Below, piece by piece: positions 9,635 to 19,141 of a stretch of 64,000 bases of DNA; position 1 is the stretch's first letter, and each line of letters opens with the position of its first letter. This stretch comes from a bacterium. Its GTDB lineage: Bacteria; UBA8248; JACPRG01; G963555815. The stretch is taken from contig CBDHDG010000006.1 of assembly GCA_965261595.1 (NCBI GenBank), positions 1,696,001 to 1,760,000 of the forward strand. Reading direction: 5' to 3'. The notes beneath the pieces were generated by a model. The model ran no database searches. It had not been told where the DNA came from and saw only the letters and a program-made list of their open reading frames with translations. Made by a program: the position numbers and the translations under genes.

Positions 9635-10029
9635 CCTGGATTTCGCAGGACCCGTTTTTTTTTGCTGCCGGACGCCAATTCGCAGGTTGCGGAAAAACCG
9701 CCCACGCGGGGAGATTTCCAGAACGCCTCGTTTTCAGGATGTAGCGCGGCTCCTTGCGGGCGCCCGTGAGGGCTTGCTCTGCCATCGCTGGAAAGGATCA
9801 ATGAATCGGTGGGTGACCCTCCCAACGCAAAAATCGGGCGGACGCGGGGTCAACCGACCCTCGGCCTTCTCCCCCCCAAGGAGTCGCAATCCCGAAGGAT
9901 TCGTATCCGAAAAGGTCCGACGGTCCTGAGGAAGATCGTTTTTCAGCACCCCGCGAGTACGGATTCCTCGCCGGCCCCTTACACAGGGTTCGGGTCGGCC
10001 GTTGGCCGGCTCACCGGAATGACACAGAG

Positions 10030-10464
10030 TCAGGTTCTGCGCGACCCCTGCGGCCGGTATGCGATCTTGGGCCACCGGGTCCACGGTTCCTCTTCGAACC
10101 GGACCCGGCCGAGGGACTTCAGGTTTTCCAGGACGGCCCGGGTCTCGCGGACGAAGGCCGGCAGGTCGATGGGGACGTCGGGGTCGCCCAGAACCTCCAG
10201 CTTGGAGAGTCCTTTCTGGAGGTTCAAGACGGCCGGCGCGTGCCACACCTTCTGAATCTTGACGAATCCGGCCGCGACCTGAATCAGGCCCTGATAGAAG
10301 AGCCGCTCGGTCGGGTTTCCCTCCCGCCAGAGGTCTTCCCAGGCTTCGTGGGATTCCCAGTATTCGCCGCCGTTGAAAAGCGCCACCCCTTCCCGCGCCC
10401 GGCCGGGGAACGAGATGGGGTCGTCGTAGACCTCCCGGTTTTCCGGTTTTGAGCGTTCAGGCAA
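10030..10464 (-). CDS. DUF309 domain protein
   Basis: LFNGGEYWESHEAWEDLW...YQGLIQVAAG signature. Confidence 0.85.
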   Translation of the reverse strand: MPERSKPENREVYDDPISFPGRAREGVALFNGGEYWESHEAWEDLWREGNPTERLFYQGLIQVAAGFVKIQKVWHAPAVLNLQKGLSKLEVLGDPDVPIDLPAFVRETRAVLENLKSLGRVRFEEEPWTRWPKIAYRPQGSRRT

Positions 10465-10469
10465 CGGTT

Positions 10470-11288
10470 CTATCCCTTCGGCGCCTTGCCGAAGCCGACG
10501 ACGTCCTCTCCGCCGTCCACGCCGATCACGTTGCCGGTCATCCAGTTCGTCCCTTCTTTGCAGAAAACGGTGATGGCGGCGCCGATGTCCTCCGGCGTGG
10601 TCAGGCGGCCCCCGGGGTTTCTCTGCCGGGTGACTTCGATCATCATCTCGTGGCCGGGGATCATCCGAAGGGCCGGGGTGTCCGTTACGCCCGCCCGGAT
10701 GGAATTGGCCGTGATCCCCCGGGTGGCGAGCTCGGCGGCGAGCTGGCGGATGTGGGACTCCAGAGCGGCCTTGGCGGCCGATATGGCCCCGTAGTTCGGG
10801 ATGACCCGGTGTCCCCCCTCGCTCGTCATGGCGAAGATCCGGCCGCCGCGTCCCATGAGGCCCCGGTGGACGATGTCCTGCGTCCAGTACACCAGGCTGT
10901 GCGCCATCACGTCCAGCGTCATCTCCATCTGTTTCTGCGTCATGGTTCCGGAAGGGTCGTCGGCGATGTAGAGCCTGAGGGCGCCGAAGGCGAGGGAGTG
11001 AAGGAACGCCTTGAGGGTTCCGCCCCCCGCCTCCTCAAAGGCCGCGGCCGTCGCGTCCAGGACCTCCGCCCGCTTTTCCGGGTCGGCGGCGTTCACGTTG
11101 AAAAAGAGGGCCTTCCTCCCCATCCCGATGATCTCGTCCCGAACCGCCTCGGCCAGCGGGCGGGTCTTCTTGCGGTCCAGGTGGACGCCGATGATGTTCA
11201 TCCCGTCTTTGGCCAAGGCCCGGGCCGTCGCGCCGCCGAAGCCGCTGGACGCGCCCAGGATCAAGGCCCAAGGTTCTCCGTTCGACAT
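10470..11288 (-). CDS. SDR family oxidoreductase, enoyl-ACP reductase (FabL/FabI-like)
   Basis: ILGASSGFG Rossmann motif, YGAISAAK catalytic motif, WMTGNVIGVDGG C-terminus. Confidence 0.85.
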   Translation of the reverse strand: MSNGEPWALILGASSGFGGATARALAKDGMNIIGVHLDRKKTRPLAEAVRDEIIGMGRKALFFNVNAADPEKRAEVLDATAAAFEEAGGGTLKAFLHSLAFGALRLYIADDPSGTMTQKQMEMTLDVMAHSLVYWTQDIVHRGLMGRGGRIFAMTSEGGHRVIPNYGAISAAKAALESHIRQLAAELATRGITANSIRAGVTDTPALRMIPGHEMMIEVTRQRNPGGRLTTPEDIGAAITVFCKEGTNWMTGNVIGVDGGEDVVGFGKAPKG

Positions 11289-11315
11289 GAGGATTCGACT
11301 CCTTTCGGTCTTTTC

Positions 11316-12852
11316 TCAGACCTGATTATAGCGATGAAGCCGGGGCGCGGTGACGCCGGCCTCCTGTTCCCACCCCCGGCTGTGGCGACGGATTCCCTCC
11401 AGAACCGGCGCGAAGAATTCCAAGTCCTTCCCCAGCCGTTTATATCTCTTCCGCGCCGTCTCGCGGAACCTTCGGCCGGTATCCGCCTCGTTCACCCGAA
11501 CGCTCTTTCCCTCCCGCCGGACGACCTCGCCTTGGGTGAGGACCGTGTGGACGTCCCTGGGTCCTTGGCATCTGTGAAGGAGGATCGTCCACGGATCGAG
11601 GTCCGGATGGGAAGCCGGGTCGTCGAAGATCCGTCTTCCGTCGAGGATGACGATGTCGGCGGTCTTGCCTTCCTCCAGGCTGCCCAGGCCGTCGTGCATC
11701 GCGATCCGGTTGCCTTCCTGAATTCCGCGCGTGAACCATTCCTCGGCCGGGATCGGCTCCCAGTCGATCGAGGGCGGCCGCGCCAGGAACCAGCCGAGGC
11801 GCATTTCGGTCCAGATGTCGTTATCGTCGTTGAAGGCGGAGCCGTCCGTCCCCATGGCGAACCGGACTCCCTCCCTGCGCATCACGGAGACAGGTGCGAT
11901 CCCGCTGACCAATTTAAGGTTCGACGTCGGACAATGGACGATGGCCGTTCCGGTGTCGGCGATCATCCGGATATCCTCTTCCGGGGGCCAAACGAAATGG
12001 GCGAAGCTGACTTCCGGACCCAGAAAGCCGATTGCCTGGAGGTGAGAAGCAACGCTCTGGCCCAACTGTCTGGGTCCATACATCATCTCATACCGGGATT
12101 CGGCGACGTGAATCTGGATGCCGGTCCCCGCCTCCGCCGCCTTTTTCTTGATGCGCTTCAGCAGGCCGTCGGATGCCCACTGTACGCCCAAAGGGGTGAG
12201 GAAGATCCGAATCAGGCCGTCCTTGCCGTTGAACTCACCGTAGATCCCGTCGAACACCCGGAAGTATTCATCCAGGTCCGGAGGCGCCAGGAACGCTTCC
12301 GCCCACTTCCGTTGGGCCGCCGGCAGGCCCATGAGGAAAGGCCCGTGGTCTCCATAGACGAAGGGATTCTGATCCCCCATCGAAACACCGAACGACATTC
12401 GAACTCCGGCGTCCAGGTATGCCTGGATGGCGGCCGGGAGCCCCCACCGGGGCAGGTGCGGAGCTGGTCGGGGGAAAATCCACCACCGTAGTCACACCGG
12501 ACCGCTGGAGCTCCAGGGCGGACCAGAGGGTGTACAGGTAGATCTCCTCTTCGGTCATTTCCGCGCGATAGCTCCCGAAGATCAGCGGGAGCCACCTCTC
12601 CAGAGGCAAATCTCTCAGCCCGTCGCGGATGCTGTTCCCCGCGTGATGGTGGGCGCTGACCAGGCCGGGCATGGCCACGTCGCGCTCCAGAGATCCCAGC
12701 GTTTCGTCAAAGGGGCCGCGGGCGGACAACGCGTCGTGGGGGCCGACGGCCTCGACCTTGCCTCCATCCACGATGACCGCGCCTTCGCGGATGACGTCTT
12801 CGCGGTCCCGGAGCGTCAGGACGCGGTTGGCGCGAATCAGGATTCGGCTCAT
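11316..12852 (-). pseudogene. Amidohydrolase (Atz/Trz/guanine deaminase-like), paralogue 1, +1 frameshift
   Basis: ORFs 12268-12852 and 11316-12398 together align with the intact paralogue. There are 19 rather than 18 nt between DF and LPRWG at about 12455-12477 (GGGGGAAAA run). Motifs SAHHH, HVAES, GTDG. Confidence 0.85.
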
Positions 12853-13005
12853 GGGCGTCTCCGAAATCTTGTGAAGGACATCATTCGGAGCAATCGAGTG
12901 CGGTCACTTCCGCCGACCGGCAGGCCGGGCGTTTGGGTCGGTTGACCCCTTGCCCGGCCGCAAGGCTCCTTCCGAGCCGCGGGGATGACTCATTTGGAGC
13001 AGCCA

Positions 13006-14541
13006 TCAGATCTGGTTGTAACGATGAAGCTTCGGGTCCGGCACATCGGTCTCCCGTTCCCAGACCTGGAAATACTTGTGGATGCCTTCGATGATCGGCT
13101 CGAAGAACGGCTTGTCTTTTTTGAGCCGCGCGTGCCGGTCCTCGAGCAGTCCGGCCAGCCTGCGGCCGATGTCCGCCTCGTCCACGAGGACGTTCTTCCC
13201 CTCCCGCCGGACGACCTCGCCCTTGGTCAGGACGGTGTGAACGTCCCTGTGCCCCTGGCACCGGTGGAGGAGGACCGCCCAGGGATCGAGGTCCGGATAG
13301 GAAACCGGGTCGTCGAAAATACGCCGGCCGTCCAGGATGGTGATGTCCGCGGTCTTGCCTTCCTCCAGGCTGCCCAGGCCGTCGTGCATCGCGATCCGGT
13401 TGCCTTCCTGAATTCCGCGCGTGAACCATTCCTTGGCCGGGATCGGCTCCCAGTCGATCGAGGGCGGCCGCGCCAGGAACCAGCCGAGGCGCATTTCGGT
13501 CCAGATGTCGTTGTCGTCGTTGAAGCTCGAGCCGTCGGTGCCGAAGGCGAACCGGAGGCCCATCTCCCGCATTGTTGCGATCGGGCAGATCCCGCTGGCC
13601 AGCTTGACGTTCTGGGTGGGGTTGTGGGTGATGGCCGTTCCGGTGTCCACGAGAATTTGGATGTCCTCCCGGGTCGGCCAGATGGAGTGGGCGAAGCTGA
13701 CCTCCGGGCCGAGGAAGCCGATGTCGTTCAGGTGGCCGATGGTGCTCGTTCCCAGCAGCTTGGGGCCGTACATCATCTGGTAGCGCGACTCGACGACGTG
13801 GATCTGAAGGCCCGTCCCCAGCTCATTCGCTTTCTTCTTGGCGCGCTTCAGCAGGTCGTCCGAGGTCCACTGGACGCCCAGGGGCGTGACGAAGACCCGG
13901 ACGGTGTCGTTCTTGCCGTTGAACTCGGCGTGCACGTCATCCACGACCCGAAAGTATTCGTCCAGGTCGGGCGCGCCCATGAAACCTTCCGCCCACTCCC
14001 GCTGGGCCTGGGGCAGCCCGTTGAGGAACTCCGTGTGATCGCCGTATACGAAGGGATTCTGGTCCCGCGTCGATACGCCGAACGAGACCCGGATCCCCGC
14101 GTCGAGGTATGCCTGGATGCAGGGCGGGAACCCCCACCGGGGGAGGTTCATCGAGGGCGCGTGGAAATCCACCACCGTGGTGACGCCGCACCGCTGAAGC
14201 TCCAGAGCGGACCAGAGGCTGCGCAGGTAGGTCTCCTCCTCGGTCATCCCGACGCGATAGCTTCCGAAGATGAGCGGAACCCACATCTCCAAGGGGACGT
14301 CCGACAGCCCGTCGCGGACGTTGTTTCCCGCGTGATGGTGGGCGCTGACCATTCCGGGAATGACGACGTCGTGGTCGAGGGAGCCCAGCTCTTCGTCGAA
14401 GGGGCCGCGGGAGGACAGGTCGTCGTGGGCGCCGACCGCTTCGATCGCGCCGTCGGCCACGATCACCGCGCCCTTGCGAATGAGATCATCGCCGTCCTGA
14501 AGTGTCAGGACGCGGTCGCCTCGGATGAGGATTCGGCTCAT
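13006..14541 (-). CDS. Amidohydrolase (Atz/Trz/guanine deaminase-like), paralogue 2
   Basis: PGMVSAHHH metal motif, GVTTVVD, QIHVVES, FAHSIW, FGTDG, GSLEEGKTAD. Confidence 0.9.
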   Translation of the reverse strand: MSRILIRGDRVLTLQDGDDLIRKGAVIVADGAIEAVGAHDDLSSRGPFDEELGSLDHDVVIPGMVSAHHHAGNNVRDGLSDVPLEMWVPLIFGSYRVGMTEEETYLRSLWSALELQRCGVTTVVDFHAPSMNLPRWGFPPCIQAYLDAGIRVSFGVSTRDQNPFVYGDHTEFLNGLPQAQREWAEGFMGAPDLDEYFRVVDDVHAEFNGKNDTVRVFVTPLGVQWTSDDLLKRAKKKANELGTGLQIHVVESRYQMMYGPKLLGTSTIGHLNDIGFLGPEVSFAHSIWPTREDIQILVDTGTAITHNPTQNVKLASGICPIATMREMGLRFAFGTDGSSFNDDNDIWTEMRLGWFLARPPSIDWEPIPAKEWFTRGIQEGNRIAMHDGLGSLEEGKTADITILDGRRIFDDPVSYPDLDPWAVLLHRCQGHRDVHTVLTKGEVVRREGKNVLVDEADIGRRLAGLLEDRHARLKKDKPFFEPIIEGIHKYFQVWERETDVPDPKLHRYNQI

Positions 14542-14807
14542 TGGAATCTCCAGTCAGGGAAGGTCGAACGGGATTCGGATCGCATAATTTGACTCATGAA
14601 TTCTCCACCATGCCGTTGAAGGGTGTCAAATGGAAGGGGCCGGAGCCTTGGGGTGAGGGGTTGACCCCCTTCTCCCCGATTCACCGGGCCTCGACATCGC
14701 TCTTCCTCCAGGGATACATTCATCCCCCCACTCCCCCCTTGGCCGGGAAGGCTCGGTTGAAAGGGGGCGAGTGAATTTTCCTGACCATGCGAGAGAGGAG
14801 GTCGGAA

Positions 14808-15203
14808 ATGCCGAAGGAGGTGCTTTGTCCGAGAAACCTGAGCTTTCTTCCCAAGCCCGAGTACCCGTATTCTCCCGGAACCCGGGGCGGGCGACTCGTT
14901 TACACTTCGGGGCAGGTGGCTTGGGATGAAGGCGGCGCCCTGGTGGGCGTGGGCGATGTGCGCGCCCAGACGGCCCAAGTTCTCAGAAACGTCGAATCCG
15001 TCCTGGCCGAGGGCGGCGCCGCGATGACGGACGTCCTCAAGTGCAACGTCTTCCTGCCGGACATCCGACATTTCCAGGCGATGAACGAGGAGTTCGCCCG
15101 GGCCTTCCCCAAGGATCCGCCAGCCCGCACAACCGTCCAGGCCGTCCTGGCGGAGCCGGAGATGCTCGTCGAGATCGAGGCGATCGCGTATCTGGAGGAA
15201 TAA
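14808..15203 (+). CDS. RidA/YjgF/UK114 family protein
   Basis: YSPG...VYTSGQV, PPARTTV, LVEIEAIA; GGAGG RBS before ATG 14808. Confidence 0.9.
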   Translation: MPKEVLCPRNLSFLPKPEYPYSPGTRGGRLVYTSGQVAWDEGGALVGVGDVRAQTAQVLRNVESVLAEGGAAMTDVLKCNVFLPDIRHFQAMNEEFARAFPKDPPARTTVQAVLAEPEMLVEIEAIAYLEE

Positions 15204-15349
15204 GCGGATCCCCCGCCTTCCCCGGTCCCGGTCTCGCGGGGAATGGCTGAGGGCGGCCGCGAACCGGACCGAAAGCGCCGCGGCCCCCCTCCCCTCGGGA
15301 CTGGAAGGGGAGGAGGGGGGCGCGGGAAGTCGCTCTGTCACGCCTTACG

Positions 15350-16144
15350 CTAAAACGCCAAGTCGTTCATCCAGGGCGCATTGTACTTCTTCGCCAGCTC
15401 CAAAAGCTTGCCGTTGGCGATGAGCTGGTTGAGGGCGGTGTTGACGAAGTTCAGGATGTCCTGGTCGGCCTTGTTCATCGCCCAGGCAACCATGTTCTTG
15501 CTGTAAATCGTGCCGCCCATCGCCGGTTGGATGCCCGACTGGGCCGCCAGCGCGTGGTTGGCCGCGATGGAGTCGCCGATGGAGATGTCGACTTTTCCCG
15601 TCACGATCTGAAGCATCGTCATTTCTTCCGTCTTGACGACCCGCAGCTTGGCCTTGGGGGCGACCTTTTTGACCCACCCCATCTCGCCGGTTCCCTGGGT
15701 GACGCCGATGGTGATATTCGAGTTGTTCAGGTCCTCGGGCGTCTTGAACCGGTTGTCCCCTTTCTTCACCACGGCCTTGTATCCGAGGAGGTAAATCGGG
15801 CGGCTGAAGTTCACGACCACGGCCCGCGTCATTTTCGAATAGGTCGAGGCGATCGAGAGGTCAATCTGCCGGGACTGGATCCCCGCGATGAACGTGGCCC
15901 AGGCGAACTCCTTGAACACGCACTTGACCTTGATCGTCTTGCAGATGAACCGGGCGGCATCCACCATGACCCCTTTGTACTTGCCGGTCTTGGGGTCCTT
16001 GATGACATCGATGCTGAAGGGCACGACGCCGATGTTGAACACCTTCGACTTGACAATCTCCTGCATGCTTCTCGCGGCGGCGGGCGCAGCCGTCGAGACC
16101 GCCAATCCCAATGCCACGAACAGAACCGTCAGAGCACGAAACAT
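15350..16144 (-). CDS. Polar amino-acid ABC transporter substrate-binding protein (family 3)
   Basis: Signal peptide; G.MVD.A, IDLSIAS...RAVVVNFSRP, IGVTQGT; same strand as the cognate ATPase and permease. Confidence 0.88.
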   Translation of the reverse strand: MFRALTVLFVALGLAVSTAAPAAARSMQEIVKSKVFNIGVVPFSIDVIKDPKTGKYKGVMVDAARFICKTIKVKCVFKEFAWATFIAGIQSRQIDLSIASTYSKMTRAVVVNFSRPIYLLGYKAVVKKGDNRFKTPEDLNNSNITIGVTQGTGEMGWVKKVAPKAKLRVVKTEEMTMLQIVTGKVDISIGDSIAANHALAAQSGIQPAMGGTIYSKNMVAWAMNKADQDILNFVNTALNQLIANGKLLELAKKYNAPWMNDLAF

Positions 16145-16250
16145 TCTTCCCTCCTTGCTTTCTTGTTGGACTTGCGTCCGTTGCCCCCATGGGGCGTTGA
16201 AAAGAACCGCCTGTCCTACGGTTGAAGCCCGCGTCCGAACGCGGGCCCCG

Positions 16251-17033
16251 TCAGAACTCCGCGTGCGCGATCAGCGAAAGGAACTCGCGAGTCCGCTGAT
16301 GGCTGGGGGTTTTCAGGACCTTCTCGGGCGGCCCCTCCTCCACGATCACCCCCTCGTCCATGAACACGACCCGGTCCGCCACCTTGGCGGCGAACCCCAT
16401 TTCATGGGTCACGACCAGCATCGTCATCCCCTCTTCGGCGAGCTGTTTCATCACGCTCAGGACCTCGTTCACCAGCTCGGGATCCAGGGCCGAGGTGACC
16501 TCGTCGAAGAGCATGATCCGGGGCTTCATGGCCAGCGCCCGGGCGATGGCCACGCGTTGCTGCTGTCCGCCCGACAAGCGCGAGGGGTATTCCTCGCGCT
16601 TGTCGGTCAACCCCACCTTGACGAGCAGCTCATCGGCTATCGTCTCGGCCTCGGCCCGCGAGAGCTTCTTCACCAGCCGGAGGGCCTCGATAATGTTGCC
16701 CAGGACGGAGCGGTGGGGCCAGAGGTTGAACTGCTGGAAAACCATCCCCACCTTCGTCTGCACCCTGCGCAGGGCGGCACCCTTCACCCGGCCCAGGCGG
16801 CCGTTTTGCTCCACCCGGCCCAGGAGATCGCCCTCCAGGTAGATCCGGCCTTCGAAGTCGTCCTCCAGGTAGGCGACGCACCGCAACAAGGTGCTCTTCC
16901 CGGAGCCGGAAGGCCCGATGATGCAGAGCACCTCCCCCCGGCCCACTTCCAGGCTCACCCCCCGCAGGACCTCCAGCGACCCGAAGCGCTTGTGCAGGTT
17001 CAGCAGCCGGACGACGGAGTCTCCCGCGGTCAT
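16251..17033 (-). CDS. Polar amino-acid ABC transporter ATP-binding protein (GlnQ-like)
   Basis: [46 protein letters not shown]. Confidence 0.93.
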   Translation of the reverse strand: MTAGDSVVRLLNLHKRFGSLEVLRGVSLEVGRGEVLCIIGPSGSGKSTLLRCVAYLEDDFEGRIYLEGDLLGRVEQNGRLGRVKGAALRRVQTKVGMVFQQFNLWPHRSVLGNIIEALRLVKKLSRAEAETIADELLVKVGLTDKREEYPSRLSGGQQQRVAIARALAMKPRIMLFDEVTSALDPELVNEVLSVMKQLAEEGMTMLVVTHEMGFAAKVADRVVFMDEGVIVEEGPPEKVLKTPSHQRTREFLSLIAHAEF

Positions 17034-17036
17034 CGT

Positions 17037-17699
17037 TTACACCCTTCGCGCAAAGTAGATTTCCGCCCGCCGGGCGCAGAAGGCCACCGGGAAAATCAGC
17101 ACAAAGTAGACGATTCCCAGGACGGTGTACATCTCAAGCGGCCGGAAGTTGTTCATGATGACGTTGTCGACCGAGTGGAGCAGCTCGTAGACGCCGATCA
17201 CCGACGCCAGGGAGGTGAGTTTCAGGATGTCGGCGAAGTTGTTGACCAGGGGCGGGAGCATTCGGCGGAAGGCCTGGGGGAGGACAATCCGTCGCATGAT
17301 CTGAGCGTAGGTCATCCCCACGACCTTGGCCGCGTCCACCTGCCCTTTATCGACGGACGCGATTCCCGCCCGGACGATCTCGGCCACATAGGCGGACATG
17401 TGGATGGATAACGCCACGACGCAGGACCAGAAGGCCGTCAGCTTAATGCCAAATAGGATCGGGAAGCAATAAAAGATCCACACGATCTGCACCAGCAGGG
17501 GGGTGTCCCGAAGGATCTCCACATACCAGGAGGCGGGAAAGGCGATCCACCGGTTTTTGGTCTGTCGCGCAATCCCCACCATCAGCCCCAACGCCATGGA
17601 GAAGACCACTGCGTACAGGCTGAGGCCCACTGTGATGAGCGCTCCCCTCATGTACACCATCCGGAATTCCCAGACGGTATCGAAGTTCCAGTCGTACAT
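17037..17699 (-). CDS. Polar amino-acid ABC transporter permease (HisM/GlnP-like)
   Basis: RDTPLLVQI, SAYVAEIVRAGI, VDKGQVDAA, IVLPQA. Confidence 0.92.
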   Translation of the reverse strand: MYDWNFDTVWEFRMVYMRGALITVGLSLYAVVFSMALGLMVGIARQTKNRWIAFPASWYVEILRDTPLLVQIVWIFYCFPILFGIKLTAFWSCVVALSIHMSAYVAEIVRAGIASVDKGQVDAAKVVGMTYAQIMRRIVLPQAFRRMLPPLVNNFADILKLTSLASVIGVYELLHSVDNVIMNNFRPLEMYTVLGIVYFVLIFPVAFCARRAEIYFARRV

Positions 17700-17828
17700 G
17701 ACAGCCTCCCCGTTGCGGACCGCATTTCGCGCCGTTCAACGGTTTCGTCCGGCCGGGTTCACGCGGGGCCGACAGAACCATTGTCTTAAGCGCCCCGCTC
17801 TTTTCCTCGTCCGGCCCAAGGCCGGGGG

Positions 17829-18920
17829 TCAGTCTTCCAGGCCCGGGCCGGGGTCGCGGAGAAGCTGGCCGGTGATGCAACTGATGCCGTTCACGCCGCC
17901 GAGCTGGATCCCATCGGTGTCGATGGCAATGACCTCCACCCTCGCCCGCTCGACGCGCCGGATGGTCTCGACCGCTCCCTTGGCCATGATGACCTTGCCG
18001 GGCTCGAGGAGCACCAGGTTGGACGGGGCGAACTTCTGCTGCTCGTCCGCCGGAATCTCGATGAGCTCGAACCCTTTTGAGCGAAGCCACTTGTACGTCT
18101 CGTAGTCGAGTTGGTTCGGAAAGATGATGGCCTTGCGCAGGTCGATGACCCCGAAGAACATGTCGATGTGGAACTCGCCCCCCGACTCGAAGGAATCCAT
18201 GATGGTCGTGGCCCGGGCGGCGTGCAGCTCTTTGACGCCGCACCGCTCCAGGACGAATCGCACCTGATCGAGACCCTCCCGGTTCACCGAGTTGGAGAGC
18301 ATGGTGAGCATCACGTCCTCGGCCACGTTGTAGAGCTCTCCGGTCTCGAAGATCCCGTTGCCGCAGACGGTGTAGATGATCGGGCAGCCGATCCGGGCCA
18401 GGAACCGCTGCAGCTCCCGCTCGACCCCGCGCTTGTAAGAGCCGTGGCCGAACCTGGACTGGATGGCCCCGCCCCGGACGACGCGGATGTCGCCCGCGAT
18501 GAACAGCTTGCGCATGGGGCCGTAGGCCCCCATCACGTCCTCGAACTCGAACAGGTTCACCTCGACCCCGCAATCCCGCAGGGTTTGGGCATAGGCCTCG
18601 TGGTGCCTGCACAGAAGGTCCAGGTCGATCTTCGCCGAGTGGCGTAGGAGGAAGAAGGTCGGGTCTTTCGCCCAGAGGGGATCCGTCTCGTGCGCGGTGG
18701 GCGCGACCAGGGCGACCTCGCGGAGCCGGCCGATGCCCTGGCTCCCCCAACGCTTCCCCCAGATGCGGGGAAGCTCATCCAGGTAGCTGAACTGTTCCAG
18801 GACTTCCGTTCGGGGAGGCTTGCCAGGCTCGTAATCCGGGTAGTTCTCCAGGGGGTAGTCTTCAAGACGGCCCTCCCAGGTGGTTTTCTCCCCTTCAGTG
18901 GTGAGTCCTGAAATTTCCAT
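17829..18920 (-). CDS. Amidinotransferase / arginine deiminase / dimethylargininase (pentein) family protein
   Basis: GIGRLREVAL start motif, FETGE, FHIDM His/Asp, C-terminal GGVNGISCIT nucleophile Cys; start MEISG after AAGGAG. Confidence 0.82.
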   Translation of the reverse strand: MEISGLTTEGEKTTWEGRLEDYPLENYPDYEPGKPPRTEVLEQFSYLDELPRIWGKRWGSQGIGRLREVALVAPTAHETDPLWAKDPTFFLLRHSAKIDLDLLCRHHEAYAQTLRDCGVEVNLFEFEDVMGAYGPMRKLFIAGDIRVVRGGAIQSRFGHGSYKRGVERELQRFLARIGCPIIYTVCGNGIFETGELYNVAEDVMLTMLSNSVNREGLDQVRFVLERCGVKELHAARATTIMDSFESGGEFHIDMFFGVIDLRKAIIFPNQLDYETYKWLRSKGFELIEIPADEQQKFAPSNLVLLEPGKVIMAKGAVETIRRVERARVEVIAIDTDGIQLGGVNGISCITGQLLRDPGPGLED

Positions 18921-19141
18921 CGGTTCGCTACTCCTTGCTTGGGATGGTCGAGGATGGGGCGCCCGGCCCGCATCCCCGTGGCGACTTCCCGAGACCCTGA
19001 CGTTCGCGGTCCGGCCGAGAAGCCCGCCACAGGCTGTCATGCGCTTTCATGTGATTGTCAGGCTAGCAAAGAACTTGAACGCATTCAACCGGCCCGCGCC
19101 CCCCCGGTACACCGCTTAAGCGGAAAGGGAGAATGGCGGGT

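Noticed and set aside
7961..10464. Neighbours of the array as Cas or other guide-RNA effectors
   Set aside because: They carry SPFH and DUF309 signatures, with no RAMP, HD-helicase, RuvC, HNH or Nop-like motifs that I could recognise.
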